NCBI GenBank assembly: GCA_051362555.1 | Contig: CM120640.1 | Coordinates: 63,280,788-63,344,787, forward strand | Source of the DNA: Lingula anatina | Lineage: Eukaryota; Animalia; Brachiopoda | DNA: 64,000 nucleotides | Reading direction: 5' to 3' | In this document: piece after piece, positions 1 through 14,800 of the stretch | Position numbering within the stretch: position 1 is the first letter of the stretch | Layout of the letters: each line of letters starts with the position of its first letter | Notes under the pieces: generated by a model | Databases searched by the model: none | The model's input: the letters and a program-made list of their open reading frames with translations, nothing else | Told to the model about the DNA's origin: nothing | Position numbers and translations under genes: made by a program

Positions 1-645
1 TCCAGAAAATGTATGAGCTGACTACTTACTATGCTTTTTAATGCATTGATTCAGGGAAATATTAAGAAGTGACCATGAATCTACAGTGGTGATGTCTCTT
101 GGATGTATCTGTGATAGTGAAAGAAGAAAGTCACCTAATACTCACTGATACTCTGGTCATAAAATTATGCCAACATAGAACTGAACAAGCTTTATTCTAG
201 TGAAACACAGTTGATGCAATTCTGTATATTTACAAGCTGTGGTTAAAACCGCGGACTTAACAATGGGCACACTTGAAACATAACTGCATTTTTACCCTCT
301 GAAATACTCTATTGTTACAGCACTTAATGTGTCAGAAATTAATTTTATGTTTTGAAGTTATTTTGGTTATGTAAATTAGGGATTTGTTGGTTTTGACACA
401 CATTGTTGAGACATGAGATGTCATGTTCAAATCATGAATTGCACTTAATTTTAATACCACTACTGAAATATGAATGTGATTTTGATTTAAGAATTTATGT
501 AAATGATATCAAACTTACTGATTATCTATATGGAGTTTTAATATATGTGTGTTAAGTGTAGATGTTGTTACAACTTGGTCCTTCTACATAGAAGTGTTTA
601 AAAATACCAGTGAAAATGTATATAACCTTATCTGTGATAATATTA

Positions 646-3243
646 TTGTACCACCAGCGTTAGCGCTGGCGGTACACATGGTTTCGGTCCCGTCCGGATC
701 GTTCCGCCGGCTCCGCCGGCTCCGTTGGCTCCGCCGGATGGCTACCGTTACCGCTTCTCCTCCTAGACGGTAAGGGCCCCCGTACCCATCTCATGGATTT
801 AGGTCACCTATAATCTCAACTCGTTCCACGTAAAATTTGGGCTTTGTCGGTATTGGGGTCTGGGTGTGGCACTCATTGCAATGCACCCTTGTCTAAAAAT
901 GGCAAAATTAAATGCTAATTATCTACCCTACGGAAGGAGTTATGGGAAAAATTTCTATAGACAGCTTTCCAAAAGTCATATGTGTAGATTTCAAATATAC
1001 CCTTGGATTTGACCTTTGACCTTTACTTCAAGGTCAAATGGGCCAAAATTTTCAAAAAAATGAAATTTTTTACGAAAAAAATTTTTTTTGCCCTGTTTTT
1101 CAGACACCACACAGACTTAACCAATAATATTATTGGAAAGTGTTACCCTTCAGGTCATCTTTCATCTCCATGAATTTGGGGTCAATCGGTGCATTTTCAC
1201 GGGAGTAGCGGCCATAAGATACCGAAACTGAAAACTGTCTCTAATTCGGGAACCGTTAATGCTAGAGACCCATTCTTTTTAGCATTTTGTAGAGCATGTA
1301 AAGCCCAACACTGGAGGTGGTCTCGGTTTTTTTGTATTCCATACGGTTTTCGAGTTACGCTGTATCAAAAAGTACATATTAGTGGTAAAAGCAAAATGTG
1401 CAGTACGGTAATGGATAATAAATTTTGAACTCTGGAAAAATAAAACATAAGGCTTGGCAAAGCAGACAACTTGTGTTCAAAAATGACATTATTTCATCAA
1501 ATTTGAACTTCTGAAACTTCAGAGCACCTCCTATTTCAAGAATTTTGACCAAAATGACATTTTCTTTATTTTAATTAATTTTTTCTGTACGAAATTTAAG
1601 GCACATTATGGTAACTCCAAAATTATAACATTTAGTCCCTTATATCTCCAAAACTGGCAGAGATAGGTCCATAGTTACTATTGAAGTTGAATAGGAAGTC
1701 ATATACTGGCAATCTTCCTATGACCTTGAAAGTGACCTTTGACCTACTTTTCACCATGAACTGAACTTTGCAAATTTTTCTTCCCTTTTATCTCCAAAAC
1801 TGGCAGAGATAGGTCCATAGTTACTATTGAACTTGAATAGGAAGTCATATACTGGCAATCTAAATGTGACCTTAAAATTGACCTTTGACCTACTTGAAAT
1901 TTGCTTCCCTTTTATCTCCAAAACTGGCAGAGATAGGTCCATAGTTACTATTGAAGTTGAATAGGAAGTCATATACTGGCAATCTTCCTATGACCTTGAA
2001 AGTGACCTTTGACCTACTTTTCACCATGAACTGAACTTTGCAAATTTTTCTTCCCTTTTATCTCCAAAACTGGCAGAGATAGGTCCATAGTTACTATTGA
2101 ACTTGAATAGGAAGTCATATACTGGCAATCTAAATGTGACCTTGAAATTGACCTTTGACCTACTTTTCACCATAAACTGAACTTTGCAAAATTTGCTTCC
2201 CTTTTATCTCCAAAACTGGCTGAGATAGGTCCATAGTTACTATTGAACTTGAATAGGAAGTCATATACTGGCAATCTAAATGTGACCTTAAAATTGACCT
2301 TTGACCTACTTTACACCATGAACTGAATTTTGCAAATTTTGCTTTCCTTTTATCTCCAAAACTGGCAGAGATAGGTCCATAGTTACTATTGAACTTGAAT
2401 AGGAAGTCATATACTGGCAATCTAAATGTGACCTTGAAATTGACCTTTGACCTACTTTTCACCATGAACTGAACTTTGCAAATTTTGCTTTCCTTTTATC
2501 TCCAAAACTGGCAGAGATAGGTCCATAGTTACTATTGAACTTGAAAAGGAAGTCATATACTGGCAATCTAAATGTGACCTTAAAATTGACCTTTGACCTA
2601 CTTTACACCATGAACTGAATTTTGCAAATTTTGCTTTCCTTTTATCTCCAAAACTGGCAGAGATAGGTCCATAGTTACTATTGAATTTGAATAGGAAGTC
2701 ATATACTGGCATTATAAATGTGACATTAAAATTGACCTTTGTCCTACTTTTCACCATAAACTGAACATTGCAAATTTTGCTTCCCTTTTATCTCCAAAAC
2801 TGGCAGAGATAGGTCCATAGTTACTATTGAACTTGAATAGAAAGTCATATACTGGCAATCTAAATGTGACCTTGAAATTGACCTTTGACCTACTTTTTAT
2901 CATGAACTGAACTCTGCTAATTTCTTTCTCTTTTAACTTCAAACTTGACAGAGATAGGTCCATAGTTACTCTTGAACTTGAATAGGAAGTCATATACTGG
3001 CAATTTACTGTGACCTTGAAATTGACCCTTGACCTACCTTACGAAGAACTTAAATTTGATTGTACCATATATATTTTTTGCAATAGTTTAAAAATTCTTG
3101 TTGATTGCATTTTTACAGCTTGTCAAGCACAAAACTGGTGGCTGTGTCCCTTATTTTGTGTATGTGGGGGTCTATACGAATGCGCTTGCTCCAGCTGGTG
3201 GTACAATATTCGGAGGCGGTATCGCCTCTCTGATCCTCTAGTT
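646..3243. mobile_element. Non-autonomous Helentron/HINE (DINE-1-like) element carrying an internal tandem array
   Basis: 5' subterminal TTGTACCACCAGC forms a hairpin with GCTGGCGGTAC (648-676), followed by a (CCGCCGGCT)-like microsatellite at ~700-740. The 3' end has the inverted copy GCTGGTGGTACAAT (3194), a palindrome GAGGCG-gtat-CGCCTC (3213-3228) and terminal CTAGTT (3238-3243). Confidence 0.75.
1643..3037. repeat. Tandem array of ~10 copies of a 146-bp unit inside the HINE
   Basis: TATCTCCAAAACTGGC recurs at 1643, 1789, 1913, 2059, 2205, 2351, 2497, 2643, 2789 and (diverged) 2935. Period is 146 with one 124-bp unit. Confidence 0.95.
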
Positions 3244-5191
3244 ATATATCTTTTGTAAATGTCAGTCGTACCAGTCAGTGACAGTATTAAGCAATTTGCT
3301 TGTTCAACTGTTTTATCTCTCAACTTGACTGTGTTACAACCAACTTCAGCAATGAAGCAAGCTGCTGGTTTCCAAAAAGAAAAAAAGGGAATGAGGACTG
3401 ATGAAGTTACGAGTGGGAAATATATGTGTTGGGATGACACGATTTAATATGTATATTTGCACACTCACATACTCACAAACACAAACACACATTGTGTATG
3501 TCTTGTTTTAGACTTAAGTAAACTAGTTCACTTGTTGGCAAAGACTGGCTGCGTGAATCTGAAGCTAAAGATGCCTTTTTGCCCACTGAGCATAACCTGA
3601 GAATATGTCAAGTACGAAGTATACAATTAATCTGTAACAGACATTTCACTTGTTTGATAAAATTTTGTAAATTGTCTTAAATTGCAGAATGCGTGAAATT
3701 GTTACCATGTAAAAAATAAGATACTTGAAATGTTATTTCATCGTTTCTATATATTTTTAGAAGTTGTATACTCATGATTATGAAATATTTTATAAGGTAT
3801 TACTTGGTTTTATTAAACATGGTTCCCTGAAATACTTGTTTATTACACAGGTATATGAAAAAGAATTAAACAAATCACAAGAGAATCATTTCAGATGCTT
3901 AAGTCAAGATTTACTGAATGGCGCTTATATTTATCTGGCTATGTTCATGTCATCGTCATCACTGATAGTGTTAAGATTTATCAAATTGCAGTGTTGTAAT
4001 GGTTATCTAAACGTCAAAATTTATCTGTAAATGTTACACAGCTTTAGAATTCGGCCAAATTGAGTAAATCATATTTTAACCCCATTCTTTGTTTTCTTGA
4101 CATTTGTGTATTTTGTCATCTCATCCAGTATTCAATTCGGCTGGTTGAACCAAGGATTCCTTTGATTGAACATTGGTTTATGGGCATTTCATTTAGTGCA
4201 AGTCACGAAGTAGTGCTGCACTGAGTTACAGCAGACAACTATACAATGTACGTAGTCTCCAATAATTAATTCATTCATTCAGCACCTTGTACTTGGTGCG
4301 TTTTGGGGAAATATATTTCTTCATGACGTGTTTTATTTCATTATTATCATTATTTGTTCCTATTGCGCGTGCTCCACTATTTGTTGCCCTTTATTTTGAC
4401 AGTAATTGCGTTTCAGAAGTGATGTCAATGCGTACTGGAATGATGATTTTCAGTGGATCTGCCTACGTCGATATTTTATATTTTCGAGGGGATTTTTATT
4501 GTTTTAAATCAGCACAAAGATGGATGCATTATTGAGTAATTAGATGCAGGAAAAACCCCATTTTCGGTATCTGGATTATAATTAAGGGTTACAAAGCCCT
4601 TAAAGCTATATATATATGTCCAAATTCAGGGGAAGCCTCTCTCTACACTGGTACTGGGACCCTGTTAACGGGAACTTCGTCCTAGGTGTGGACCCCACGT
4701 TTCATGCTTTATATGATAGATACATGCACCTTGTTTTGCTGGTAACCAATAAATGACAACAAATGTGCATTTTAGTTAGTAAATGTGATGATTCATCGCT
4801 GCTTTGATAATCCAGGCGTGATCTAGGACTGATATCTGTAATATCCCAATTCTCAACAAAAGGAGATAGTAGATTTTTGATACATATGAATTGTAAATTC
4901 ATACTTCGCGTGCCCCGCTAGTACATGGGCAAAGGCAGTTTCAACATCTTGTGAACATTGTGTGCATTCATTGCTCCAGAGAACAACACTGTAAAGAGAA
5001 TCATTCAGGAACAAGTAAGTTTGCTTTACAATGTGATGCTCCTTGCGCTTTTATTTATCTACCTCTGTCATATAACTTTTAGGTATAAATCTTTATAGAA
5101 CTAGAATTCAACGTCCGCATTTTGGATCTTCTAAGCAGCGTGTTTATGATTGCCACGTTTCTTGTCATCTGTTTGTTTCTTGTAGGCGACA

Positions 5192-7927
5192 ATGGTATCC
5201 ATTTGGAATTTTCTGTTAACGTTTGTTGTCGTCTTGTGCGGAACAATATTCGTGGTCCACAAGAAATGGCCTTGGCTATGGATGGATGTCCGATTCTTGT
5301 TACTAGGAATTCGCACAAAACGGGAAATCGAGAAATTGAAAAAGACGAACACATCAATCATTGATATCTTTGAAAGAGTTGCGAAAGAGAATGCAATAAA
5401 ACCTTTCATCAAATTCCAGGTTGGAGCAATTAATATGTTCCTTGTTTGATATTCCTTACTTTTGTTGACAGATACTTCACGGTGACTTTTTTAAATTTAG
5501 AAATTTGTCTGATTTAGAGGTTAATAGATATCGATGGATTTAGATTTTGACATTACAACAGTTTAATAGAATTAACGCAATTTTATTTATTTTGAAAATG
5601 GTTTTGTTTAAAATTTGAATATATATAGATTTAATTACTGTATTAAAATAAAAAAAGGAGAGCGGTGCGCAAGTGTAGACCTTCAAACCTTTTTACCTCA
5701 TCTTCAGCTTATTTTTATTTTCAGAAGACCTCTGGTGAGGTATCTATATTTTCGTACCAGAGAGTCAATCAGGAGGCAGATAAGGTAGCAAGATATGCCC
5801 TAAACCACCAGGGGCTGAAGAGAGGTGATGTAGTGGCCGTTATGATGAGGAATGAACCAGAATTCATTTGGATATTCCTAGGTAACTGGCTACGTTTATC
5901 ACTGCTGTCATTTGATCAACGGCATAGAATGTAGTTGTTAAATTTGGTATAATATGTCTGATAGGATATATGGAATTTGGGCTAACTAAATTTATAATTT
6001 AGAGGAATACGGGGCAAATTATTGCCGATCGGTTCCGATTATTTTCTTTTAATGTCTAGATATCTACTTCACTCTATTAATTCATTAATTACAGGGGCGG
6101 ATTGAGGCCGTCTTCTGGATCTTCCGGAAGACGGTCAGATTTTCAAGTTTACATTGACGGATATTTAATTTTTTCTGTCGGAAGACAGTCAAAAAATGGA
6201 GGATGGATCAACAAAGATAATTTGAAAGACTGTCAGAAAATGTCTCTGGATCCGCCCCTGTATTACCACAGTCAAAATTTAACCTCGCAATCGAGCAGTT
6301 CCGCCTTGGATTCTATAACGTCCGGACCCAAAGCGTAATTATTATGTGTTAAATGTTCAAAATGGAGAAAACCTTTTGTGCGAAAACGAATCACCGTCTT
6401 TCGCAATTTTAATTTCAGGTTTAGCTAAAATAGGTGTGATTGTGGCTTTTATAAATTACAATCTGCGAGCTGACCCACTGAAACACTGTTTGAGAGAAAG
6501 TGACGCCAAAGTACTAATTGTTGGAAAAGGTGAGTTTTTAATTTCAAAAAGATATCTATATAAATAAAGGGGACGGTTATAGATCGTACTACTACACCAT
6601 TAATCAAAATGTTATGGCGTATTTTTTTTTTTTGTAACATATTTTTGTATTATGGCTACGCTACTAGATATTTCGTTTTAAGTAGACATTACATCAGATA
6701 TCGAACCAATTCATAATGTTCTTCCTTTAGACGATGACCTATTAAAAGCAGTGGAGGAAATAAACACTGAATTACTAGAGAAGGGGGTAGACATTTGGGT
6801 TTCTGGTGAGGGAATTACGGAAAACATCCCCCAGAATTTTAGCCACCTGCAGAAGGCCACAGAGTCTTCCTCCAGTGGGGAAGAAATTCCTCGTCATATT
6901 CGCCAAGGCATTACACTGATGGACCCGTTAAGTTATGTGTATACATCCGGAACAACTGGTAAGAGTTTATGCGGCTTTTAAATAAAAAGTAACAGGAGAT
7001 TGGTTTCGGTCAGTAAGAATAGCCTACCCATCCATTGCTTGAATCGGATGGCAACTGAAATTGACTTGTAACTGAAGTTTTGAACTCAAGTTAAAATTTA
7101 TCTATAAATTGGAATTAATATACAAGGAATAGTCAGGAATACACATTTTCAAATAAAAGCTATTTTTTTCTTCGTCCTACAGGTCTTCCAAAACCGGCCA
7201 TTATAACTCACCTGCGTTATATCCGAGGCGCTTTCCTGATGGCTGTTCCCACTAAGTTAAATGAAAACGACATAGTGTACACGTCACTTCCCCTCTACCA
7301 CAGCATGGCGGGGGTGGTCGGCCTGAGTGCCGTTATACTAAGAGGTATCTTGTTATAGAAGTTGTAAGACTATATCACGTTTGACAAAGTAGCAAGAATT
7401 AGAAATCCAAATATTTGTAGAGGGGTAATCAATAAAAAAATTCATTTCATTTTTATTACGTTAGACACATATCACGTGTTTGATGTCTTTTATGATTTTA
7501 TTTTTCTCAATCATAAATATTTTGCCTTTCAAAGTGCTGATTTAGGAGTAACCGGAAGAATAATAATTATGTATAGAAATTGCCGGTCTTCTTTTTTTTC
7601 TCTCTTTTTTTTTCTGGAACATGCGGAAGAAAAGTAGATTAGGCAAAACCTCAAGGGCATGACTATTTAAGAAACTGTACCGTGGGTTTTATTTACCGTT
7701 ATTGCATTTTCTGGTCACTGGTTTAAAGATGTGCCTACGCGTCTCATTCTAGGAGCCACTATTATTCTACGAGCTAAATTTTCGGCCAGCAATTTTTGGT
7801 ATGATATCCGCCGCCATGGTGTCACTGTAGTGCAATACATTGGGGAGATATGCCGATATGTTCTTGCTACACCCCAGGTAAAGACTGGCAGTTGATGTTT
7901 TATATGTTCGTTCGTGTGTCTCGCTAG

Positions 7928-7983
<56 letters not shown>

Positions 7984-10691
7984 TTCTTTTTCTTTTCTGT
8001 TTTCTGTTTCCTTTGATTTAAGACACAGATATGGGTGTATTAAAAATAAGCAAAATCTTGTTTCAGAGCCCCTTAGAGAGTCGACACGTTGTGCGTTGCT
8101 TCATTGGAAACGGCCTGCGGTCTGACATATGGTTGAAGTTCCAGTGCCGATTCAAGGTGGACCACATGGTGGAGTTTTACGCTTCAACAGAGGGGAATTG
8201 CTGGTTTTCTAATACGTACAACAAACCGCTTTCGTGCGGGCGACTGTCACCCTTTTTGGTATATTTATATCTTTTCAACAACCTTTTGAACGGCACCTTG
8301 CAATATCATCACCTCTATCACAATTTCTTTGGTAGATGGTTATTTTTTCTCTATAATTTAAAGTAAAATTGTTCTCGATTTAAATTTAATATTTGCGGTG
8401 CAAGTACATTACGGTGTTCAGTGTAACACAGTAAGTTGGTATTTTTATCAATATTACTACATAACTTATCGCATCTTTAAATTTTGAGTAAAGTCCAGAT
8501 AACATTTGCCACGAATGTCGTACGATAAAATCGTATACGTTTTCCGTACGATTATTTTGGGCACCGTAAGTAGCTACGGTCTACGGCAAGAACGTTTATA
8601 TTACGTGTGGGTGTCGTGCCATTTCTCCGACATGACTTTGAGGTTACGTAGGAAAAACCCGGTTGTCGGTAGAAAGGTCTTCGTGCGGGACCCTTTCGGT
8701 CTCAGTACAGTTGCCGGACGCCTTTCGTGCGGCTTTCTTGAAGATCGACATGTTATAGATACAGCCCCTACGGTTTTAAGCACCAATGTGGTCAGAGTAA
8801 GGAAACGCACAATTTCAAATCTATACAAGTGAATTATTTGAAAGTTTAAAGATCTTTACTATTGTAATATTGTAAGCCACCAAAGATGGAAGGTAAAGAG
8901 ACCAATAACAGGTTTAACCATGATCATGATCACCGCAAGATCACCGAACAATGCCCGTTCGGGAACTGTGCGATGCCATCTACTATAATGCTACGGTCTA
9001 CGGCCTACGATTTTTAAAAACTTTCAGAAATCGCAGAGGCTACGGAGGCCGTACGATTTCGCAAGGCCAACGCACAGACGCCACACGAAAAGGGATACGG
9101 GTAGTGTACGAGCACTGTACGGACATCGCATGGCAAATATAATCTTGGCTTAAGATATATAATAAAATGATATTGCTGTCAGACCTTGACTTAATATTTT
9201 TAGTTGTGAAAAACGTATCAACATGCTTTCAGCAACTAGTGTTCCCGAGCTTCTTGGTTAAGTATGATCACGAGAAGGACGAACCTGTAAGAAATGAACA
9301 AGGACGTTGTATCCCTGTCGAGATAGGTAGACCTTTTATCACTATCATTGTTATTTTTATCCTTTATCAACATTAATTGCCTTGATTAGTTTCCACTGAC
9401 ATAACGTTCCTTGTCGGTAGAGGTGCGGCACACAGTACTTTCCTGTAATAAGAATTTTTAATTGCATATTAAGTAACCACTATAATGTCTCTATGCATGC
9501 ACATCGATTGTATAAAAAAGCAACCTTCAGCAAGCAATTCCAAATTTTAGCACAGTTTTGTATACTCGGTGGTGAGTGTTTATATGTAGGCGTTCGTCAT
9601 TGCTTTTATTTCTCGTTATTTATCATGGCTTGTTCTTCCTCAGGAGAACCCGGTCTGTTGATAGCAGCCATAAAAGGAAATTTTACCTTTGAGGGTTATA
9701 AAGGGAACAAAGGGTTGACAGAAAAGAAAATATTACGCAACGTTTTCCAACAAGGTGATGCATATTTCAACTCCGGAGACTTACTGTACACCGACAGTAA
9801 CTATTTTCTTTACTTCAGTGACAGAGTTGGGGATACATTTAGGTAAAGCATCATACTGGATTCAGTAATATGAAGGTATACATCTGTGCAAAGAGTTGTC
9901 TCAAACAACTCCTTGAGCTGTGCAACACATAATTATATGGGTCGAAAATGGTTGATTTCTTCCTTTCTCTCTTATTTTTTCATTCACGACACACAAGTGT
10001 AATTCATATGCAGTAAGTAAAAAGAAGACATTATACTATTATATCTTTATCTACTACACAATGGTTGAGACGATACGTTTGGTGTTGTAGATGGAAAGGA
10101 GAGAACGTTTCCACACTAGAGGTCGCTAACGTTCTAGCAGAGGTAGAAGGCGTGGAGGACGCGAGCGTGTATGGGGTCAAAGTGCCAGGTAAGGGTTGGG
10201 AAGCCACTATTAACCTCACAGATATGAAAACATCCGTTAACTCACGTGAACTATGCCATTAGCCTTCACTTTTCACTCACAAAAGACAACGGGCCTCTCA
10301 ACGCCCAAACCGTTTTCTAAGACAAAATCGTCTCCCCTTGGCTCTAATTCTCATGCTTTTGTCATAATTAGGTAAAGAGGGTAGAGCTGGTATGGCCGCT
10401 GTCACTTTGCAGGAGGAAAAGAAATTAACGTGGCAACTGTTTGAAAATATCTACAATCGTCTTTCCGACCGTCTCCCAGCTTATGCCAGGCCACTTTTCC
10501 TGCGTGTCCAGCACACATTAGATCTGACAGGCACGTACAAACAGAGGAAAGAACAACTCAAAGGACAAGGGTTTAAACCTAGTGAAGTTAAAGACGACAA
10601 ACTCTACTTCCTGGATGAGACGAAACGTGCGTTTGTTCCTCTTGATGCTGAGCTGTACGAGCGCATCATAAGAGGAGAAGAACGCATATAG
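5192..10691 (+). CDS. SLC27A: SLC27/FATP family very-long-chain acyl-CoA synthetase (SLC27A2/A6-like), 11 coding exons, ~637 aa
   Basis: GT-AG exons in consistent phase: 5192-5419, 5725-5881, 6419-6529, 6731-6958, 7183-7344, 7753-7877, 8067-8258, 9233-9326, 9644-9842, 10091-10188, 10372-10691 (1914 nt). Has an N-terminal TM, AMP-binding [36 protein letters not shown], and FATP motifs YFNSGDLL and [19 protein letters not shown]. Confidence 0.95.
6092..6260. mobile_element. ~170-bp MITE with CAGGGGCGGAT TIRs (copy 1)
   Basis: CAGGGGCGGAT...ATCCGCCCCTG; a highly similar second copy lies at 29507-29674. Confidence 0.8.
7935..7980. repeat. (GA)n microsatellite
   Basis: Pure GA run in SLC27 intron 6. 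Confidence 0.95.
8489..9153. mobile_element. MITE-like element with imperfect TIRs in SLC27 intron 7
   Basis: TAAAGTCCAGATAACATTTGCCA versus TGGCAAATATAATCTTGGCTTAA; the interior is CG-rich with repeated TACG motifs. Confidence 0.6.
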
Positions 10692-11899
10692 ATCGTCCCA
10701 AGGGGCGTGTACCAACAGGGCTCCATGTATACTTCACATGAATACACTTTTAAATTTTTTAGTGTTCAGTTACTAAATTAATTAACATAATTTACACGTA
10801 TGTCTTCTTACGGGTGACGTCATGATTGCGATTTTGGGTAAAAAGTGAAAAACGGTTTCTTAAAAATCTTTGAAAATCTGTAATTAGGGGGTCATAACTC
10901 CATAACAAAAACATTTAAACCAAAGGACGGCATGGGATTGTAGCCTATACACTCGTGGTCAACTCTACCAATTTTTGTGGAAAAGCTCTGTTAGGGGATG
11001 AAGTTACGCCCCATACTGATTGCTATCTCACCTCAAAATAGAAAGGTGTTAAATTGACGGGGGCAGCCAGGTCGCTCAGCGGACGCACAGGTCGCTGTCA
11101 TTTTTACAGGTAAAATCTAGATTCGGTCGTTCAACGGACGCAGAAGGGACGCAGAAGCATTTACACTGAGACGACCATGCTTTGGCGACCATTGAGCTTC
11201 CTGGCCACATTTTTGATCGAGGGACGCTAAAAGAACACCGTCTAGTGCACAGGGGGCTTTAGGTTGTAAATTTAAAAATAAAAGATCTTTGAAAACGAAT
11301 CATATTTGTGCTCATATATAATGGTATATAACGAAGAATAGGGATGGTGATTTACCAACGCAGTAACTAGTATTTATTGTTATTGGGGTTTATTGTGCTT
11401 CTTTGCAATAAGTAAGACACTCATTGAATGTATATATAAAATGTAAGGTACTGTATTAAAAACGGGATTAGGTACTTTTAAAATAAATATTGAAAGGTAC
11501 AATTATGGATAAAATATAACGTTCGTCATTCCTTTAAAATCTAAAAGTATATAGCTAAGTTTAAATAGACATACGAAAGCAATCATTATGGTAATATTTC
11601 TCTACAGATAGCATTGTAAGTTATATCTTCTCAACAAATTACTAGCTCTATTTCTACTGTAATTCAGTATATTTTGGTCTATTTTCCTTTTTTCAAGACA
11701 CTGTCCGACTGTGGCATTGTTATTTGTAAATGAATTCAATTTCATATAAAAATTACAAGTCAAACCGTTGAAGTTATTCACCAGGACCAATGAAAGAGTT
11801 AGAAAAGTCAATCCACAGGACAAAACCATGGTTGTTTAGTACACATGCGATGTCTTCCGGGTGTCAAAATCTGTCTGCGTGAGTCTCTGATGGCCTTTA

Positions 11900-14800
11900 T
11901 TAATCTTCTTCACCATCATCGTCGTTCATTGCTATCTCGTCTTTGAGCAGATCGATAACCATTTCGCGTTCTTTGTGAGACAGCTGGTTCTGAAAAAATA
12001 TATATACATTTTAGTCAAAAGCTCTAGTGACGATTCCAAGAATGACATCGGGTGTTACCAATGGTACAAACAACTCTGAATCCGTTTTATTTATTTATTT
12101 ATTTATCTAACCACCTTTTAAAGAATGAAAAAAAAAACAAATATAATAAATAAGTTAGATTGAGATGGAATAAAACGAAATACATAAAAATAACACAGTG
12201 TAAATAGAGGCCAATGAAAAAGATTTTAAAAATAGTCCCACAAGCATGTACTCCTTAGATTGTCTTTCCTGTTAACTGGAACTATTAACTAGAAAGCCCA
12301 ACGTGTATACAAGTCCTGATGGTCCTGTGACCCTTTGCTAGCAGATTTCATGTTTATCATACTGTACATAAAATTGGGCTTATACCAAAAGATATCATTC
12401 AAGCAGGGTCCCTCTCATCAATAAATGATTGAGTGTAAAATGAGATAGCACGGTCAGTCAATGGTCATGGTCTTATAGAATAGAGATTTGCCTGATTTAA
12501 AAGCAGCAGCATTAGTTTTTGGAATTTCTTTTAAAAGCTCTGATGCACGAAATCTGGAGGAAACACCCATAAATCTAGTAACAAATTTGTTTGCAGTGTG
12601 TCTAATAAAGGGAACCGGAGAAGATCAGCATTGGTCAGAATTGTGCCGGAAGTGACGTGCAGTGGTGTTAGAAACGAAGCTGAGTGGTCATTTTAACATA
12701 GAGGTGAACGGCAGTGAAGACGGGTTGTCGGAGGAAAAAGAAGTTTTCTAAACAACATGGTAAGATAACACTTTTTCTTTACGCATTTTGGGCAGAGAAA
12801 ACTTGTAGAAATAATAAATGCATGATATGAAAACGTGACACGGAACTTGAAGGTGCAAAATCGTGCTTAATTGGCGGTCAACTTGTTTTAAAATGAATGC
12901 TGCATCGACCGCCATTGCGACAAAGAGTGTAAATGGAAAATAATTCCCGGGAGGCTGTAAATCGTTGCCATGTGGAAATTTGGCATTAATATAATCCGAT
13001 ATGTCCATATCTAAGTATTTTTGGGGTGTTTTATGGTATGGGCTGCAATTAGAACGAAGTTTTAGAGGTCTTGAAGGACCTTGTGAAAACAAGGAAGTAG
13101 TTCGTAACTAACAAGTGAAATGTACCGATCTCCGACTGCTGTGCACAGCTGTATCTTTTTTTCAATATATTGACGAATTTTTGTCACAGGACAAATAAAA
13201 CATTTCACTGACAAGATCTTCCCAAAAAGACAAAAAGAGAATTCAGGTGAGCTGACAGGTAATTAAGACTAGCTCAAAGTACTAATAATTGACATTATTA
13301 TGCAATACTCAGTTGGTAAAACGATTCTCACAGGTAGATAAGATGTAACATGACCAATTTCTATAGGCTAATGATTGCCAGCCTGAGGAAATTGATTGCC
13401 AGTCTCTTTTGTCAGTGATTTTTAACTCAGATAAGAGGCTGTCAGAATGTCACCTTTGTCTTGGCATTTGTCACTGATTAGCGCCTTTCCCAGTGTAAAA
13501 GGTATATCAGTGTGATCATGTGTGTGGAATTTCATGCCAGATGGACATATAAAGATCTAAAAATTCGTCAATATATTGAAAAAAAAAGATACAGCTGTGC
13601 ACAGCAGTCGGAGATCGGTACATTCCACTTGTTAGTTACGGACTACTTCCTGGTTTTCACAAGGTCCTTCAAGACCTCTAAAACATCGTTGTAATTGCAG
13701 CCCATACCATAAAACACCCAAAAATACTTAGATATGGACATATCGGATTATATTAATGCCAAATTTCCACATGACAACGATTTATAGACTCCCGGGAATT
13801 ATTTCCCCTTTACGCTTTTTGTCGCGCTGGCGGTCGACGCAGCATTTATTTCTAAGTTCCGTGTCACGTTTTCATATCATGCATTTATTATTTCTACAAG
13901 TTTTCTCTGCCCAAAATGCGTAAAGAAAAAGTGTTATCTTACCATGTTGTTTAGAAAACTTCTTTTTCCTCCGACAACCCGTCTTCACTGCCGTTCACCT
14001 CTATGTTAAAATGACCACTCAGCTTCGTTTCTAACACCACTGCACGTCACTTCCGGCACAATTCTGACCAATGCTGATCTTCTCCGGTTCCCTTTATTCT
14101 TTTAGGTGTTTCTGAGACGTGCAAACCGAATGAACTTCGTAAGTGATATTGGCCGGCGATACTATTGTTCGCCACATAAAAGGTATGGTCTGATATCTAA
14201 GCCATAAGACATACGGAATGTTTTTGTTACGCCTGGAGGTTGGGTAGTCATCCGCTGTATTATTTCAATTGAATGTAACGCGATGCTTTCGAGTTACGGG
14301 CCCAGGTTTAATAACGTTGGCAGAGTGGCCGCTGTTTGCCGTGACATGGACTTTTTTCTATATCTTTGGTTTCACATTTGTTGACGAATCTATCATCCAG
14401 ACTAAATATGTCAGGGATTATAGTATTCTTGGACTGGCGATTGACTGGCTTACGACTTATGAATTGCGGGGATAAATTCTGGGTATATCGCATAATGCAA
14501 AATTATGAAAGTCTCCATTGGTATAAAGAACAACACGTCCGTGGTTTTATCACACGGGTTCCGATAGATTTTGTGTAAAGAAGTCAGATAGACATCAGCA
14601 AATTTACTACTATCCACCCAATAAAGGTCGGTCAATAACTTTATTTTCTCTACCACAGTGGCCGTGGCCTCAGGGAATCGAATTATTTCACAGCCACAGC
14701 ACAATATCAGATCTCCCTGACATAAAAACACATCTTTACCACTTCTTTTATTTTTGCAAAGATGTTCTATATACAAGTCGAAGAAAACCACTGTGACGCT

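Noticed and set aside
549-773. Arg-rich ORF (FRRLRRLRWLRR) as another cationic peptide
   Set aside because: It derives from the HINE microsatellite, has a GTG start and lacks a signal exon or family exon 3.
1751-2993. Repeated ~100-aa minus-strand ORFs
   Set aside because: They are by-products of the 146-bp tandem repeat, with no splice or domain evidence.
1643-3037. CRISPR-like regular array
   Set aside because: The units are contiguous with no unique spacers, there are no cas genes, and the context is eukaryotic.
14269-14791. Overlapping 60-113 aa ORFs in intron 2 of copy 1
   Set aside because: No recognisable motif or consistent frame; possibly a decayed insertion.
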